This document shows, in pieces, positions 9,679-22,951 of a stretch of 64,000 bases of DNA. The notes under the pieces were generated by a model, which made no database searches, was not told the origin of the DNA, and saw only the letters and a program-made list of their open reading frames with translations. This DNA comes from Rhodocyclaceae bacterium (lineage in GTDB: Bacteria; Pseudomonadota; Gammaproteobacteria; Burkholderiales; Rhodocyclaceae), in assembly GCA_034004685.1 (NCBI GenBank), contig JAVEWG010000016.1:383-64382 (forward strand). The letters run 5' to 3'. Position 1 is the first letter of the stretch, and every line of letters begins with the position of its first letter. The translations under genes and the position numbers were made by a program.

Positions 9679-10518
9679 ATGTCGGAAAATCCCAACACCC
9701 CAAGCCCTGGGCCAGGCCAGCCAGCGGCGGCAGGCTTTAGCGATGGCAGCAAACAAAAAAAGGGCTGCTATCGACGCCTGATCGACCTGCGGGCTCCGGA
9801 CCCGACAACGGCGATCGGATGGATGGAGGACGACTTCCATCATTTTGGCGTGACCATCACCCACGACGGCACCACCATCCAGAAGGTCCATGCCTCCTCG
9901 CCCCGCTACCCCTGGACCACCTGTCCGGGCGCCCTGGAGGCCATCCGCGTGCTGGAGGGCAAGCCCCTGGTGGCCCGGGCGTCCGACATCGGCCAGCTGG
10001 CGGACATGCGCCGCCAGTGCACCCACCTCTTCGACCTGGCGGGCCTGACCCTGGCCCACGCGGCCAATGGCCACGATCACCGCCGCTATGAAATCCTGAT
10101 CCCGGACCGGGCGGTCCTCTGGGACGACCAGGGCAAGCTCAAGGGTTTCGGCCCCACCACCGCGACCCTGTCCTCGGAGGGCACCGTTTTGATGGCCTGG
10201 AACATCGACGGGCAAGCCATCGTGGGCCCGGACGCCTACGCGGGCCACTCCCTGCAGGAAGGCTTCCGGGAATGGACGGAGGCCATGCCCCTGGAAGAGG
10301 CGGAATACGCCACCATCCTGCGCCGCGCCATCCTGGTGGGGTCCGGACGCCTGATCAGCATGGAAAAGGTGGAGACCGCCGAGCATACTGGAATGGGTCC
10401 GGTATGCTTCACATACCAGCCGGAACAGCGAAAGCTAGCCCGTTTCATCCAAGCGGCCCGCCTGGACTTCGCCGACCGCCCCGAAGATCTCCTTCGGAAC
10501 GTCAACGACGTACCCTGA
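9679..10518 (+). CDS. DUF2889 domain-containing protein
   Basis: Longest ORF starts at 9601; ATG 9679 is preferred because AAGGAG (9663-9668) lies 10 nt upstream. Contains WMEDDFHHFGVTITHDG and ...CTHLFDLAGL..., motifs I associate with DUF2889. Confidence 0.7.
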   Translation: MSENPNTPSPGPGQPAAAGFSDGSKQKKGCYRRLIDLRAPDPTTAIGWMEDDFHHFGVTITHDGTTIQKVHASSPRYPWTTCPGALEAIRVLEGKPLVARASDIGQLADMRRQCTHLFDLAGLTLAHAANGHDHRRYEILIPDRAVLWDDQGKLKGFGPTTATLSSEGTVLMAWNIDGQAIVGPDAYAGHSLQEGFREWTEAMPLEEAEYATILRRAILVGSGRLISMEKVETAEHTGMGPVCFTYQPEQRKLARFIQAARLDFADRPEDLLRNVNDVP

Positions 10519-10580
10519 CCGGGGGCAGCGATCCCCGGCAACAAAAACAACCGCGGCATTTCACCAAAGGAGCAGACAGC

Positions 10581-11081
10581 ATGAAGGGTGGCCCCAGCAT
10601 CAAGCATCTCGACGACATCCCCACCGAGGAGATGTTGCGTTTCCAGTTCGCCGATGGGCGCACCGCCTCCATCTGGGAGAAGTGGATCGAAATGTCCCCC
10701 CGCTACGTGGCCTTCTGGAACCGCTGGGATCCGGGAGCCATGTCGCCCCTCCACGGCCACACCGGGGACCACAGCAACTTCGTCCTGAAGGGGGAGATCC
10801 GTTGTGGCGACATGGTGTGCAAGGCCGGCACCCACATCATGCTGGAGTGGGGCGATCTGTTCGGCCCCTGGGAAGCGGGCCCTGAAGGCTGCGAACTGTA
10901 TGGCTTCATCGCCGGCGAAGGGAGTCCCTTCTCCGGCGATCCGGCGGTCTTCCAGGCCTTGCTGACAGCCCGGGGGGCCACCATGGTGCCCCTGCCCATG
11001 CCCAAACACCTGCCCCCCTGGGCCAAGCTCCAGTACGCCCAAGGCGGAGTCACCAACTGGACCGCCGAAGCCAGGAAATAG
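10581..11081 (+). CDS. cupin domain-containing protein
   Basis: ATG 10581 is preceded by AAAGGAG. Cupin metal motif PLHGHTGDHSNFVLKGEI. It is the distal part of track ORF 10272..11081. Confidence 0.7.
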   Translation: MKGGPSIKHLDDIPTEEMLRFQFADGRTASIWEKWIEMSPRYVAFWNRWDPGAMSPLHGHTGDHSNFVLKGEIRCGDMVCKAGTHIMLEWGDLFGPWEAGPEGCELYGFIAGEGSPFSGDPAVFQALLTARGATMVPLPMPKHLPPWAKLQYAQGGVTNWTAEARK

Positions 11082-11105
11082 GGGCGCCCAGCCAGGCCAA
11101 CCGCC

Positions 11106-11897
11106 ATGCTCAAGGTGATGAGCTTCAACCTCCGCTACGGCCTGGCCGATGATCGGGAAAATGCCTGGAGCCATCGCCGGGCCCTGGCCCTGGCCAGGAT
11201 CCGCACCTTCGATCCGGACCTGCTGGGCCTGCAGGAGTGCCTGGACAACGACCAGGCCGAGTTCATCACCACCGGACTGCCGGACTACCAGTTCCTCGGC
11301 ATCCAGCGGGGCGGCGAGGGGGAAAGCGCCATCGAGATGGCCCCCCTGCTGTTTCGCGCTGCCCGCTTCAAGCTGGTCCGCCATGGCTGCTTCTGGCTGA
11401 GCGACGCCCCCGGAACCCCCGGCAGCCGGGGCTGGGACGGGGACTTTCCGCGCACCGCCACCTGGGCCACCCTGGTCCACCTGCCCTCGGCGCGGCCCCT
11501 GGTTATTCTCAACACCCACCTGGACTACCAACCCCGGGCCCTGCAAGAATCCGCCCGGATGCTAAGCGGCTGGGCCCGCCAGACAGGCGCGACCCACCCC
11601 CTGGTGATCACCGGCGACTTCAACGCGGGCAAGGATTCCCCGGTCCACCGGGCCCTCACCACGGAAGCCGGGCTGGTGGACACCCACCGCCGGATCCATC
11701 CCGACTGCGACGAAATCACCTACCACGGCTACGGCCAGGCGCCGGATGCCGGGCCCCTGGACTGGATTCTGGCCTCCAAGCACTTCACGGTGGTGGATGC
11801 CACCATCGACCGCTGGCACGAAGGCCCCCTTTTCCCCTCCGACCACTACCCCCTCACCGCCACCCTGGACTGGAAACCCGAGCCCCCCCGTTCATGA
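11106..11897 (+). CDS. endonuclease/exonuclease/phosphatase (EEP) family protein
   Basis: MLKVMSFNLRYG...DLLGLQE...LNTHLDY...ITGDFN...SDHYPL, the ordered EEP catalytic motifs. Confidence 0.85.
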   Translation: MLKVMSFNLRYGLADDRENAWSHRRALALARIRTFDPDLLGLQECLDNDQAEFITTGLPDYQFLGIQRGGEGESAIEMAPLLFRAARFKLVRHGCFWLSDAPGTPGSRGWDGDFPRTATWATLVHLPSARPLVILNTHLDYQPRALQESARMLSGWARQTGATHPLVITGDFNAGKDSPVHRALTTEAGLVDTHRRIHPDCDEITYHGYGQAPDAGPLDWILASKHFTVVDATIDRWHEGPLFPSDHYPLTATLDWKPEPPRS

Positions 11898-12304
11898 GCA
11901 CCTGGATTCTCCCCGCCCTGGCCTGCCTCGCCTTCTGGGGGGTGAGCCGCTTCCTCCCCAAGCTCGCCACCCGCCACCTGGACCCCCACAGCGCCCTCCT
12001 CTTCGAGGTCATGGGTGAAGTTCTGGTGGCCCTGGCGGTGCTGGCCTCCCTGGGCTTCAAACCCAATTTCGATCCGCGGGGCGCCAGCTACGCCCTGGCC
12101 GGCGGCATGCTGGGCGGCCTGGGGGTCTACGCCTACCTGCTGGCCGCCCAGCGGGGGCACGTCTCCCAGCTGGTGGTGGTCACTGCCCTCTACCCGGTGA
12201 TCACCGTGGCACTGGGGGTCCTGATGCTGGGGGAAAGCATGAACCTCAGGCAGGGTCTGGGCATGGGGCTGGGCCTGCTGGCGATCCTCCTGGTGGCGAC
12301 CTAG
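11894..12304 (+). CDS. EamA-like (DMT superfamily) small membrane transporter, single EamA domain
   Basis: ATG 11894 overlaps the EEP stop (ATGA). 136 aa with four hydrophobic helices (MSTWILPALACLAFWGVSRFLPK...). It is the distal part of track ORF 11237..12304. Confidence 0.7.
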   Translation: MSTWILPALACLAFWGVSRFLPKLATRHLDPHSALLFEVMGEVLVALAVLASLGFKPNFDPRGASYALAGGMLGGLGVYAYLLAAQRGHVSQLVVVTALYPVITVALGVLMLGESMNLRQGLGMGLGLLAILLVAT

Positions 12305-12359
12305 ATGTTGAGTTGCAATCTTGCCGGAGCGGATGTCTGCAAGGGATCCATGACATGCT

Positions 12360-12432
12360 GGCGGGATGAATCCCGCCCTACCAACCCGGCGGGAGATCCT
12401 TCGATCCGCCGTAGGGCCGGATTCATCCGGCC
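12360..12432. repeat. REP-like doublet (two inverted GTAG-headed GC-rich hairpins)
   Basis: 12360-12381 ggcgggatgaatcccgccCTAC and 12411-12432 GTAGggccggattcatccggcc are inverted copies. Each is itself a 7-bp hairpin and each carries the GTAG head. Confidence 0.5.
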
Positions 12433-12631
12433 TGCTTGAATTGATGAGCACATCGGCAGCCTCTCCCGGGCAGGGCAACGCCGCTGCGCCAACACGCCCG
12501 TCTCGGGCCCTACGCTCCCCGTTGCGTGCTACACGGCACGAGCCGCCGAAGAGCGCTGCCATCCGCCCCATCTCCGGTCTTCCTCAGGGCGGTGGCAGCT
12601 CCGGCCTGAGGCTCAGCCGCCCGGCGGGCCT

Positions 12632-12830
12632 TCATGTCCCCGGCAACGCCACCTCCAGCCCCACCCCGCCGTCGGCCCGGGACAGGCCATCCCCCAGGAC
12701 CAGCTGGCCGCCATGGACTTCCGCCACCACCCTATCGTTCACCGCCAGACCAAGCTTCGCGTCTTCGATCACCAATCAAGGATGCCCTGCCCGCGTCATC
12801 AAGGGTGCGAAGGAAGAAACCACCGCAGGC
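12632..12830 (-). pseudogene. possible remnant of a sensor histidine kinase C-terminus (HATPase_c)
   Basis: One minus frame reads LVIEDAKLGLAVNDRVVAEVHGGQLVLGDGLSRADGGVGLEVALPGT*, which resembles the G2-box-to-C-terminus of EnvZ/QseC-type kinases. The upstream part (FFLRTLDDAGRASLIGDRRRE) is in another frame. No intact ORF. Confidence 0.3.
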
Positions 12831-13030
12831 CCGCGACCCGGACAAGCTTGAAATCGCATCCGGCGGCGCCCGTACCGTGGAAGAGGCCAACAAGAAAACC
12901 CAGGACACGAAGATCGTGCAACACCTGGCCATCAGAGAACGAGCGGCGCAGGTGTTTGAGCCGCACCCAGCCGTCGCCGGGGCTTCCTCAAGCGTTCCCA
13001 GCCTTCTCGGGTTTCACCCCTGCACCCCCT

Positions 13031-15715
13031 TCAATCCTGCAAGGCCTTGTGGAGGATCTCCGCCACGTCCCGGCACAACGCCGGCGTGGCGGCCACCCGC
13101 TCCAGCTCGGGGCGGATGGCGGCCTGGAGGGCCGGGGTGTAGCGGCGCCAGTTTTCCAGGGCGCGGGCCATGCGGGCGGCGACCTGGGGGTTGCCGGCAG
13201 CGAGCTGGATCACCTGGTCGGCCCAGAAGGCGTAGCCAGCGCCATCCGGGCGGTGGAATTCCGCCGGGTTGGCGCGGAAGAAGGTGCCCAGGAGGGCGTA
13301 CACCTTGTTGGGGTTGGCCAGGCTGAAGGCGGGGTGGTCCACCAGGGCGGCCACCCGGTCCAAAGTTGGGGGGGCGACTTCATCCCAGCGCCAGGCGCCG
13401 GCCTGGAGGGCGAACCACTTGTCCAGCACCAGGGGGTCGTCTTCGAAATCTGTATGAAACATGGCCAGGGCCTGCTCCCGAGCGGGGTCGCTGCTCCCCA
13501 CCAGGGCGGCTAGCGCTCCGAAGCGTTCGGTCATATTGCGGGCGGCTTCGAAGCGGGCCTTGGCCAGGTCCAGGCCCTGTTCCACCCCAGCGGCGGCCAG
13601 GTATTTGAGGCACAGATTGGCCAGCGCCCGGCGGCCGGCATCCGCCGGGTGGTAGCGGTAGGGGCCGGGAACTTCCATGGCCTGGACGGTGGCCAGCCAG
13701 TCGGCTTGCAGGGCCTGGCCCAGGGCGCGGTGGAGGTGGATGAGGGCGGCCCGCAGGGGCTGGGGATCGGCCGATTCCATGCGCTCCAGCAGATAGGCTT
13801 CGCCGGGCAGGGCCAGGGCCTGGGCGCGGAAGGCGGGCTCCAAGGCATCGTCTGCCAGGAGCTTGCGACAGGCGTCCACCAGGGCCCCCGGCACCTGGAG
13901 GGGGCGGCCGGCGGCGGCTTCCCGGGCCAGGGCCAGGATCACCCGTTCCAGGTAGCGCTGGCCGGCGTCCCAGCGGTTGAAGGGGTCGGCATCATGGGCC
14001 ATGCGGAAGGCCAAGCGCGAGTCGGCTTCGTCCAGTTCCAGGATCACCGGAGCGGAGAAACCCCGCAGGAGGGAGGGCACCGGCTCGGCGGGCAGATCGG
14101 TGAAGGTGAAGCGGGCTTCGGCCTGGGTGAGTTCCAGCACCCGGGTAGTGGCCCCGGAGGCGGCTTCGCCTTCCAGGCGCAGGGGCAGATCCTGCCCGTC
14201 CGGACCCAGCAGGCCCACCGCCACCGGGATGGGCAGGGGCAGCTTTGCGGGCTGGCCGGGGGTGGGGGGGGTGCGCTGGGACAGAGTCAGGGTGTAGCGG
14301 CCCCTGGCGGCGTCCCACTCGCCCCGGGCGGTCACCCGGGGGGTGCCGGCCTGACTGTACCAGTTCATGAACTGATCCAGATCCACCCCGTTGGCCTCGG
14401 CCATGGCGTTGACGAAGTCGTCGCAGGTGACCGCCTGGCCGTCGTGGTAGCTGAAGTAGAGGTCCATGCCGTTACGGAAGCCCTCGGGCCCCAGCAGGGT
14501 ATGGAGCATGCGGATGACCTCGGAGCCCTTTTCATACACCGTGGCGGTGTAGAAGTTGTTGATTTCCTCGTAGCTGTCCGGCCGGATGGGGTGGGCCATG
14601 GGGCCGGCGTCTTCCGGGAACTGGGCCGAGCGCAGCACCCGCACGTTGTCGATGCGCACCACCGCCCGGGCGGAGGCGGCGCCAGCGGGGCCGGCGGCCC
14701 GGGCCATCATGTCGGCGGAGAACTGCTGGTCCCGGAATACCGTGAGGCCTTCCTTGAGGGTGAGCTGGAACCAGTCCCGGCAGGTGACCCGGTTGCCGGT
14801 CCAGTTGTGGAAATACTCGTGGGCCACCACGGATTCAATGTTGTCGAAATCCACGTCGCTGGCGGTGCGGGCGCTGGCCAGCACGTACTTGGCGTTGAAG
14901 ATGTTGAGGCCCTTGTTCTCCATGGCTCCCATGTTGAAGTCGGACACCGCCACGATCATGTAGCGGTCCAGGTCCAGTTCCAGGCCGAAGCTGTCTTCAT
15001 CCCAGCGCAGGGCGTGGATGAGGGATTCCATGGCGTGCTGGGCGCGGTCCAGGTTGCCCTTCTCCACCCACACCTGGAGCAGCACGTCCCGGCCGGAACG
15101 GGTTTGCACCGTGCGCTCCAGGGCCACCAGGTCGGCGGCCACCAGGGCAAAGAGGTAGGAGGGCTTGGGGAAGGGGTCTTCCCACCTAGCGTAGTGGCGG
15201 CCGTCGGGCAGGTCGCCGGTTTCCAGCAGGTTGCCATTGGAGAGCAGCACCGGACAGGCGGCCTTGTCCGCCTCCAGGGTGACGGTGAACCGGGCCATCA
15301 CGTCGGGCCGGTCGGGGAAATAAGTGATCCGGCGGAAGCCCTGGGCCTCGCACTGGGTGTAGAAGCCCCCCTTGGAAACATACAGGCCGGAGAGGGCGGT
15401 GTTCTGCTCGGGGGCGATGCGGGTAACGATCTCCAGGGTGGCGGTATCCCCCGCCAGATCCACTTCCAGGCCCTCGACCGTGGCGCGGGGCTGGACGGGC
15501 TGACCGTCCACCGCCAGGCTCGTCAGTTCCAGATCCTCACCCAAAAGCATCAGGGGGCCGGGCCGGGCCTGGGGGTTGCGCCGACAGGACAGCCGGCTGG
15601 TCACCTGGGTGGCGGCGGGATCCAGGTGAAAACGGAGGTCCACCCGCTCCACGGTCCACGCCAGGGGGCAGTAGTCGGCACGTTGGATAGTCTTGGAGGC
15701 GTCTTGGTCGGGCAT
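13031..15715 (-). CDS. pepN: aminopeptidase N
   Basis: Start placed at ATG 15715 (MPDQDASKTIQRADY...); 894 aa. Has the GAMEN motif (FNMGAMENKGLNIF) and the zinc site HEYFHNWTGNRVT...WFQLTLKEGLTVF. Confidence 0.95.
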   Translation of the reverse strand: MPDQDASKTIQRADYCPLAWTVERVDLRFHLDPAATQVTSRLSCRRNPQARPGPLMLLGEDLELTSLAVDGQPVQPRATVEGLEVDLAGDTATLEIVTRIAPEQNTALSGLYVSKGGFYTQCEAQGFRRITYFPDRPDVMARFTVTLEADKAACPVLLSNGNLLETGDLPDGRHYARWEDPFPKPSYLFALVAADLVALERTVQTRSGRDVLLQVWVEKGNLDRAQHAMESLIHALRWDEDSFGLELDLDRYMIVAVSDFNMGAMENKGLNIFNAKYVLASARTASDVDFDNIESVVAHEYFHNWTGNRVTCRDWFQLTLKEGLTVFRDQQFSADMMARAAGPAGAASARAVVRIDNVRVLRSAQFPEDAGPMAHPIRPDSYEEINNFYTATVYEKGSEVIRMLHTLLGPEGFRNGMDLYFSYHDGQAVTCDDFVNAMAEANGVDLDQFMNWYSQAGTPRVTARGEWDAARGRYTLTLSQRTPPTPGQPAKLPLPIPVAVGLLGPDGQDLPLRLEGEAASGATTRVLELTQAEARFTFTDLPAEPVPSLLRGFSAPVILELDEADSRLAFRMAHDADPFNRWDAGQRYLERVILALAREAAAGRPLQVPGALVDACRKLLADDALEPAFRAQALALPGEAYLLERMESADPQPLRAALIHLHRALGQALQADWLATVQAMEVPGPYRYHPADAGRRALANLCLKYLAAAGVEQGLDLAKARFEAARNMTERFGALAALVGSSDPAREQALAMFHTDFEDDPLVLDKWFALQAGAWRWDEVAPPTLDRVAALVDHPAFSLANPNKVYALLGTFFRANPAEFHRPDGAGYAFWADQVIQLAAGNPQVAARMARALENWRRYTPALQAAIRPELERVAATPALCRDVAEILHKALQD

Positions 15716-15841
15716 GCAGCTCTCGAATCGTGAGGAAGTTGAAGGGCGGAGTTTACCCAGCGCCGCCCGGCCCGGCCACGCCGGCGTATTATTCACACGG
15801 ATCAAGGGGCGCCGGTCCCGCTTCGGACTATCCTGCAAGCC

Positions 15842-16432
15842 ATGGAACACGCCACCACTGCCCCCCACCCTGCCTCCCATCACCCCCCCGGCGACCTGGC
15901 CATCTGGGTCTTCATCCTGGCCGAGCTGCTGGCCTTTGGCGTCTTTTTCACCGCCTATGGCTTTGCCCGGGGGGCGAACCGGGAGCTCTTCGATAGCCTG
16001 CAACCCACCCTGGATCGCAACGCCGGTGCCTTGAACACCCTGTTCCTGATCACCAGCAGCTGGTGCGTGGCCCGGGCGGTGGATGCGGTCACCCATCGGG
16101 ATGACGGCCACGCTGGCAGCCTCTGGCTGCTGGGGGGGCTGGCCTGTGGCGGGGGCTTCCTGACGGTGAAGGTGATGGAATACGCCGAAAAGTTCGCGGC
16201 CGGCATCAGCCTGTCCACCAACACCTTCTATATGTTCTACCTGTCCCTGACCTTCTTTCACTTCATGCACGTGATCCTCGGCATGGTGATCCTGACGGTG
16301 CTGGCCTGGCAGACCCGCCAGGGTCTCTATGGCCCGGGCCGGGCCAACGGCCTGGAAAGCGGTGGAGCCTACTGGCACATGGTGGATCTGGTCTGGATCA
16401 TTCTCTTTCCCTTGGTCTATGTGATGCGATGA
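15842..16432 (+). CDS. norE: cytochrome c oxidase subunit III-like protein, NorE/NirO type
   Basis: 196 aa, five hydrophobic helices, ...PGDLAIWVFILAELLAFGVFF... and ...YWHMVDLVWIILFPLVYV..., typical of the CoxIII/NorE family. Followed by norF-like and norQ genes. Confidence 0.8.
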   Translation: MEHATTAPHPASHHPPGDLAIWVFILAELLAFGVFFTAYGFARGANRELFDSLQPTLDRNAGALNTLFLITSSWCVARAVDAVTHRDDGHAGSLWLLGGLACGGGFLTVKVMEYAEKFAAGISLSTNTFYMFYLSLTFFHFMHVILGMVILTVLAWQTRQGLYGPGRANGLESGGAYWHMVDLVWIILFPLVYVMR

Positions 16433-16701
16433 ACTCCGCCCGCCGTATCGATCTCGCCTGGCTGATCCTGGTCCTGGCCACCACCGCCACCTGGATGATC
16501 GGCGACGTGTGGCAACTCCACCCGGAAGCCACCGTGCCGGCCATGGCCGCCGTGCTCGCCTTCACCGCCATCAAGTGCCGCCTGGTGGCCCTGGATTTCA
16601 TGGCTTTGCGGCGCGTCAAGCTGTTCTGGCGCGGACTGGTGCTAGGCTGGGTCGCATTGGTGCTCGGCCTGGTCACCCTGACCTACTGGCTGAGCTTGTA
16701 A
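16429..16701 (+). CDS. small 3-TM membrane protein in the NorF/NirP position (CoxIV-like)
   Basis: ATGA start/stop overlap with norE. 90 aa with three hydrophobic helices. Assignment rests on context only. Confidence 0.55.
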   Translation: MNSARRIDLAWLILVLATTATWMIGDVWQLHPEATVPAMAAVLAFTAIKCRLVALDFMALRRVKLFWRGLVLGWVALVLGLVTLTYWLSL

Positions 16702-16712
16702 GGACCCCTCCC

Positions 16713-17528
16713 ATGGACACCCGCGTGAACACTGCCCCCGTCACCAAGGCCGAACTGCCCTATTACGAACCCGCCGGCAATGAAGTGGAGGTCTTCCTCC
16801 ATGCCTGGAAGAACCGCCTGCCTCTCCTCATCAAAGGCCCCACCGGGGTGGGCAAGACCCGCTTCGTGGCCCATATGGCTGCCCGCCTGGGCTTGCCCCT
16901 CCATACCGTGGCCTGCCATGACGACCTCACCGCCGCCGACCTGGTGGGACGCCATCTGATCGGCGACGGCCAGACCCTGTGGTGCGACGGGCCCCTCACC
17001 CGGGCAGTGCGGGAAGGGGGTATCTGCTATCTGGACGAGGTGGTGGAAGCCCGCAAGGACACCACGGTGGTCCTCCACCCCCTGGCGGACGACCGCCGGG
17101 TGCTGCCCATAGACCGCACCGGCGAGGTCCTCCAGGCGCCCCCCGGCTTCATGCTGGTGGTGTCCTACAACCCGGGTTACCAGAATTTCCTCAAGGGCAT
17201 GAAGCCCTCCACCCGCCAGCGTTTCGTCAGCCTGCGCTTCGACTTCCCCTCCGCCGCCCGGGAAGAGGCGGTGCTCCGGGGAGAAACCGGCTGCGAGCCC
17301 ATGACCGCCCGCCAGCTGGTTTCCATCGCCCGCAGCCTGCGGGCCCTGAAGGACGTGGATCTGGAAGAAGTGGTGTCTACCCGCCTGCTGGTCTATGGGG
17401 CCCTCCTGATCCTGGATGGCATGGATCCGGTGGAAGCCTGCCGCGCCGGGGTGGTGGAAAGCCTGACTGATGACCCGGAAGTGGCCGAGGCCTTGATGGA
17501 AGTGGTCAGCGCCACCTTCGGGCGCTGA
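16713..17528 (+). CDS. norQ: CbbQ/NirQ/NorQ family AAA+ (MoxR-type) ATPase
   Basis: ATG 16713 (MDTRVNTAPV...). Walker A LLIKGPTGVGKT, Walker B ICYLDEVVEA, ...VVSYNPGYQ.... It is the distal part of track ORF 16509..17528. Confidence 0.9.
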   Translation: MDTRVNTAPVTKAELPYYEPAGNEVEVFLHAWKNRLPLLIKGPTGVGKTRFVAHMAARLGLPLHTVACHDDLTAADLVGRHLIGDGQTLWCDGPLTRAVREGGICYLDEVVEARKDTTVVLHPLADDRRVLPIDRTGEVLQAPPGFMLVVSYNPGYQNFLKGMKPSTRQRFVSLRFDFPSAAREEAVLRGETGCEPMTARQLVSIARSLRALKDVDLEEVVSTRLLVYGALLILDGMDPVEACRAGVVESLTDDPEVAEALMEVVSATFGR

Positions 17529-17531
17529 AGC

Positions 17532-21778
<4,247 letters not shown>

Positions 21779-21782
<4 letters not shown>

Positions 21783-22951
21783 GGAACGGGCGCCTCCGCG
21801 TCCCTTGCCGCCCCGCTTTCCAGGGGTATCAGCTGAAAGGGTGGCTCCCGTCCCAGCTCCAGGGAAAGGACGTTGATCTGGCGTTTGAGCTCGATCATGT
21901 CCAGTTCCCGGCCCACCATGGCACGGTTGAAGCGTTCCAACTCCTCGTTGCGGGCCTGCAGGGCGGATTCAGCCGTCTTCCGGTCGGTGATATCCAGGGA
22001 AATGCGGCAGACATAGCGGAGCGTCCCATCCTTGGCCAGCACCGGGAAAATGTAGGACATATAAATGCGAGGCTGGCCATCCACCGGCACCAGTTCCTCG
22101 ATGGAATGGCAGCCGCGGGTCTGCATGACCAACTCATCGTTGGCCCGGAAAATCCGGGCATTTTCTTCCGGAAAGAGATCGAAATCGGTCCTTCCGAGGA
22201 TTTCATCCTCCCGCCGACGGTGGATCTTCTGGACATTGGGATTGGCCAGGGCGTAGCGGCCATCCGGATATTTGAGGGACAAGGCGGAGGGGGAATAACC
22301 GGTCACGGCGGAGAACATCAGATCCCGTTCCTGCAAGGCCTCCTCGATCCGCTTGCGGGCGGTGATGTCCCGGGAAATCCCGAACATCCCGTAGATCGTC
22401 CCCTGGGGGTTGCGCAGGGGCCCCTTGGTGGCCAGAAAGATGCGCGGACCCTCCACCGTATCGAGGATTTTTTCGTGAGTTTCCAGCTGCCCTGCTTCCA
22501 TCACCCGGGCCCCCAGCATCATCAGCGCCTCAGCCTGGTCGGCCGGAAAGATGGCCCGGTCGTCCCGCCCCAGCACGTCTTCAACCGCTTTGCCCACCAT
22601 CCGGCAGGCGGCCCGATTGAACAGGAGGTAGCGCCCCTCCCGATCCTTGGCATAAATGGCATCGTCGGAACTGTCGGCCACCGCCGCCAGCAGATTCAGG
22701 GCCCGCAACTGCTCCTCGTGGGCCCGCTCCACCCGGGAAAGCAGCCGCCACACCAAACCATAGAGCAGTCCGCCGGTCACCGCCACGAACAGCCAGCCCT
22801 TGAGCACGCTCACCAGGGTTCGCCGGTCGGGGTCCGCGAACATCCATTCCACGGCCTTGTCCGACAACAGGATCCACACCACCGAAACCAGCCCGTAGGT
22901 CAGGACGATATGGACAACCTCCCGTCGGGAGGCGCCGGCAGGCCCGGCCAT
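21779..22951 (-). CDS. membrane-anchored PAS domain protein with no recognisable output domain
   Basis: 390 aa. Two N-terminal TM segments and two PAS modules (...SRDITARKRIEEAL..., ...SLDITDRKTAESAL...). C-terminal helix ERFNRAMVGRELDMIELKRQIN. No kinase, GGDEF, EAL or HTH motif seen. Its stop overlaps the kinase start (ATGA at 21779-21782). Confidence 0.8.

Noticed and set aside
12366-12851. Plus-strand ORFs in the EamA/pepN gap (12366..12851, 12634..13326, 12713..13513).
   Set aside because: They are Pro/Arg/Ser-rich with no motifs. They run across REP hairpins and antisense into pepN, with no SD.
15716-16378. A 221-aa N-terminal extension of the pepN ORF (track ORF 13031..16378).
   Set aside because: It runs antisense through norE. 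Aminopeptidase N similarity begins at MPDQDASK (ATG 15715), so the extension is a high-GC open-frame artefact.
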